Shown one piece after another: positions 62,816 through 64,000 of a DNA stretch of 64,000 bases. The stretch covers positions 672,001-736,000 of the forward strand of contig OZ243956.1 of the NCBI GenBank assembly GCA_965214405.1. The letters run 5' to 3'. This DNA is from Trueperaceae bacterium (GTDB lineage Bacteria > Deinococcota > Deinococci > Deinococcales > Trueperaceae). Position numbers and translations under genes: made by a program. The notes under the pieces were generated by a model that saw only the letters and a list, made by a program, of their open reading frames with translations, ran no database searches and was not told the DNA's origin. Numbering within the stretch: the stretch's first letter is position 1; each line of letters begins with the position of its first letter.

Positions 62816-64000
62816 CAGCCGGAACCTCCCACACAGCCTTGAGCGCCGCGCCTAAAGTCGTCACCGCGACGCCGCGCTTGCCGTCGCGTTTGGGGCCGAC
62901 GAAGTGCTTGTAACCCGTGCGAGCCGCCTCGGCGGCGCGGCGCTCGAGCTGCGTCACCGAGCGAATCTCGCCCGCCAAGCCGACCTCGCCGACGACCGCC
63001 GTGCCCTCGGGCACAGGGCGGTTGGTGACCGCCGAATAGACCGCGAGCGCCACCGCCAAATCGGTGCCGGGGTCCGTGAGGCGCAGCCCGCCCGCGACGT
63101 TCACGTAGACGTCGAGACCTGCGAGGGGCAGCTCGAGCCGACGCTCCAACACCGCCAACACCACGTCCACCCGCCGCGCGTCGAGCCCTTGCACGATGCG
63201 CCGCGGCGACGGGTAGGGCGACTTGGCGGCGAGCGCCTGGACTTCTAATAACAGCGGGCGCTGACCCTCCAACGCGGCCACGATGACCGAGCCCGCCACC
63301 CCCTTGGGCCGTTCGGCCAGAAACGCTTCCGAGGGATTGTCAACCGCGCGCATCCCCTCGCCGCTCATCTCAAACACGCCCATCTCGCCCGCGGGGCCGA
63401 AGCGGTTCTTGATAGCGCGCAGGACCCTAAAGCCCGAGGCGGATTCCAGCGACAGCGTCGCGTCCACCATGTGTTCAATCACCTTGGGTCCGGCAATCGA
63501 GCCCTGCTTGGTCACGTGACCGATGAGGACGAGCGTGCTGCCGACCTCCTTGGCGGCTTGCGTAAGGAGCGCCGTCGCGTCACGGACCTGCGTCAAGGAG
63601 CCCGGCGTGGCTCCGTCCTCAGCGGTGAGCGTCTGAACCGAGTCGATGATGACGAGCTGCGGCGCGCTCCCGCGCAGATGCTCGGCGAGCACGCGCGCGT
63701 CGGTCTCGCGGGTGAGTTCCATCGCCGTCGACACGCCCAGCCGCTCCGCGCGGCCCTTGATTTGCGCCAACGACTCCTCACCCGCCACGTACAGCGTGCT
63801 CCGCGCAGCAGAAAGCGATTCATGCGCGAGCTGGAGCAGCAGCGTAGATTTGCCGATGCCGGGCTCGCCCGCCAGCAGCAACACCGAGCCCGCTACCCAG
63901 CCGCCGCCAAGCACCCGGTCGACTTCAGTAAGCCCCGACGACGCCCGCAACACCTGCGACCCGTCCACCTCATCAAGCCGCGTGACCACGGCGCTGTGAC
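62808..64000 (-). CDS. radA: DNA repair protein RadA/Sms (5' end outside the window)
   Basis: [13 protein letters not shown] and a Lon-like C-terminus. Confidence 0.96.
   Translation of the reverse strand, partial: HSAVVTRLDEVDGSQVLRASSGLTEVDRVLGGGWVAGSVLLLAGEPGIGKSTLLLQLAHESLSAARSTLYVAGEESLAQIKGRAERLGVSTAMELTRETDARVLAEHLRGSAPQLVIIDSVQTLTAEDGATPGSLTQVRDATALLTQAAKEVGSTLVLIGHVTKQGSIAGPKVIEHMVDATLSLESASGFRVLRAIKNRFGPAGEMGVFEMSGEGMRAVDNPSEAFLAERPKGVAGSVIVAALEGQRPLLLEVQALAAKSPYPSPRRIVQGLDARRVDVVLAVLERRLELPLAGLDVYVNVAGGLRLTDPGTDLAVALAVYSAVTNRPVPEGTAVVGEVGLAGEIRSVTQLERRAAEAARTGYKHFVGPKRDGKRGVAVTTLGAALKAVWEVPAVA

Overview
A GC-rich bacterial chromosome segment, most likely Deinococcota (Trueperaceae-like). 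That placement is an inference from the lysW/lysX/lysY pathway, futalosine hydrolase, an ATA-start infC and pervasive leaderless -10 promoters. The backbone is housekeeping: infC-rpmI, the lys genes, mutY, rbfA, guaB, proB, ftsK, beta-oxidation genes, ndh, a form II cox-like molybdo-hydroxylase cluster, fba, mqnB, ftsY, gltX, uppP, rplM-rpsI and radA. It is interrupted by many small accessory inserts: about eight intact or decayed toxin-antitoxin modules, four AT-rich orphan genes, an ATPase-TPR gene pair and MITE-like repeats. The most notable signals are: (1) the palindrome CTCGAG occurs about 170 times (hand count), in several reading frames and at several insert junctions, resembling cyanobacterial HIP1; (2) an array of TA cassettes is punctuated by three copies of a DUF433 5' end that contains CTCGAG; (3) a leaderless Lys/Arg leader peptide with a terminator precedes lysW; (4) two inverted MITE-like elements bracket sulP; (5) a P-loop ATPase plus chimeric TPR gene pair sits inside the cox cluster; (6) a DEDDy exonuclease is fused to a WYL domain. 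No rRNA, tRNA, CRISPR array, integrase or transposase was recognised. All family calls come from motif recognition by eye; no database searches were run.
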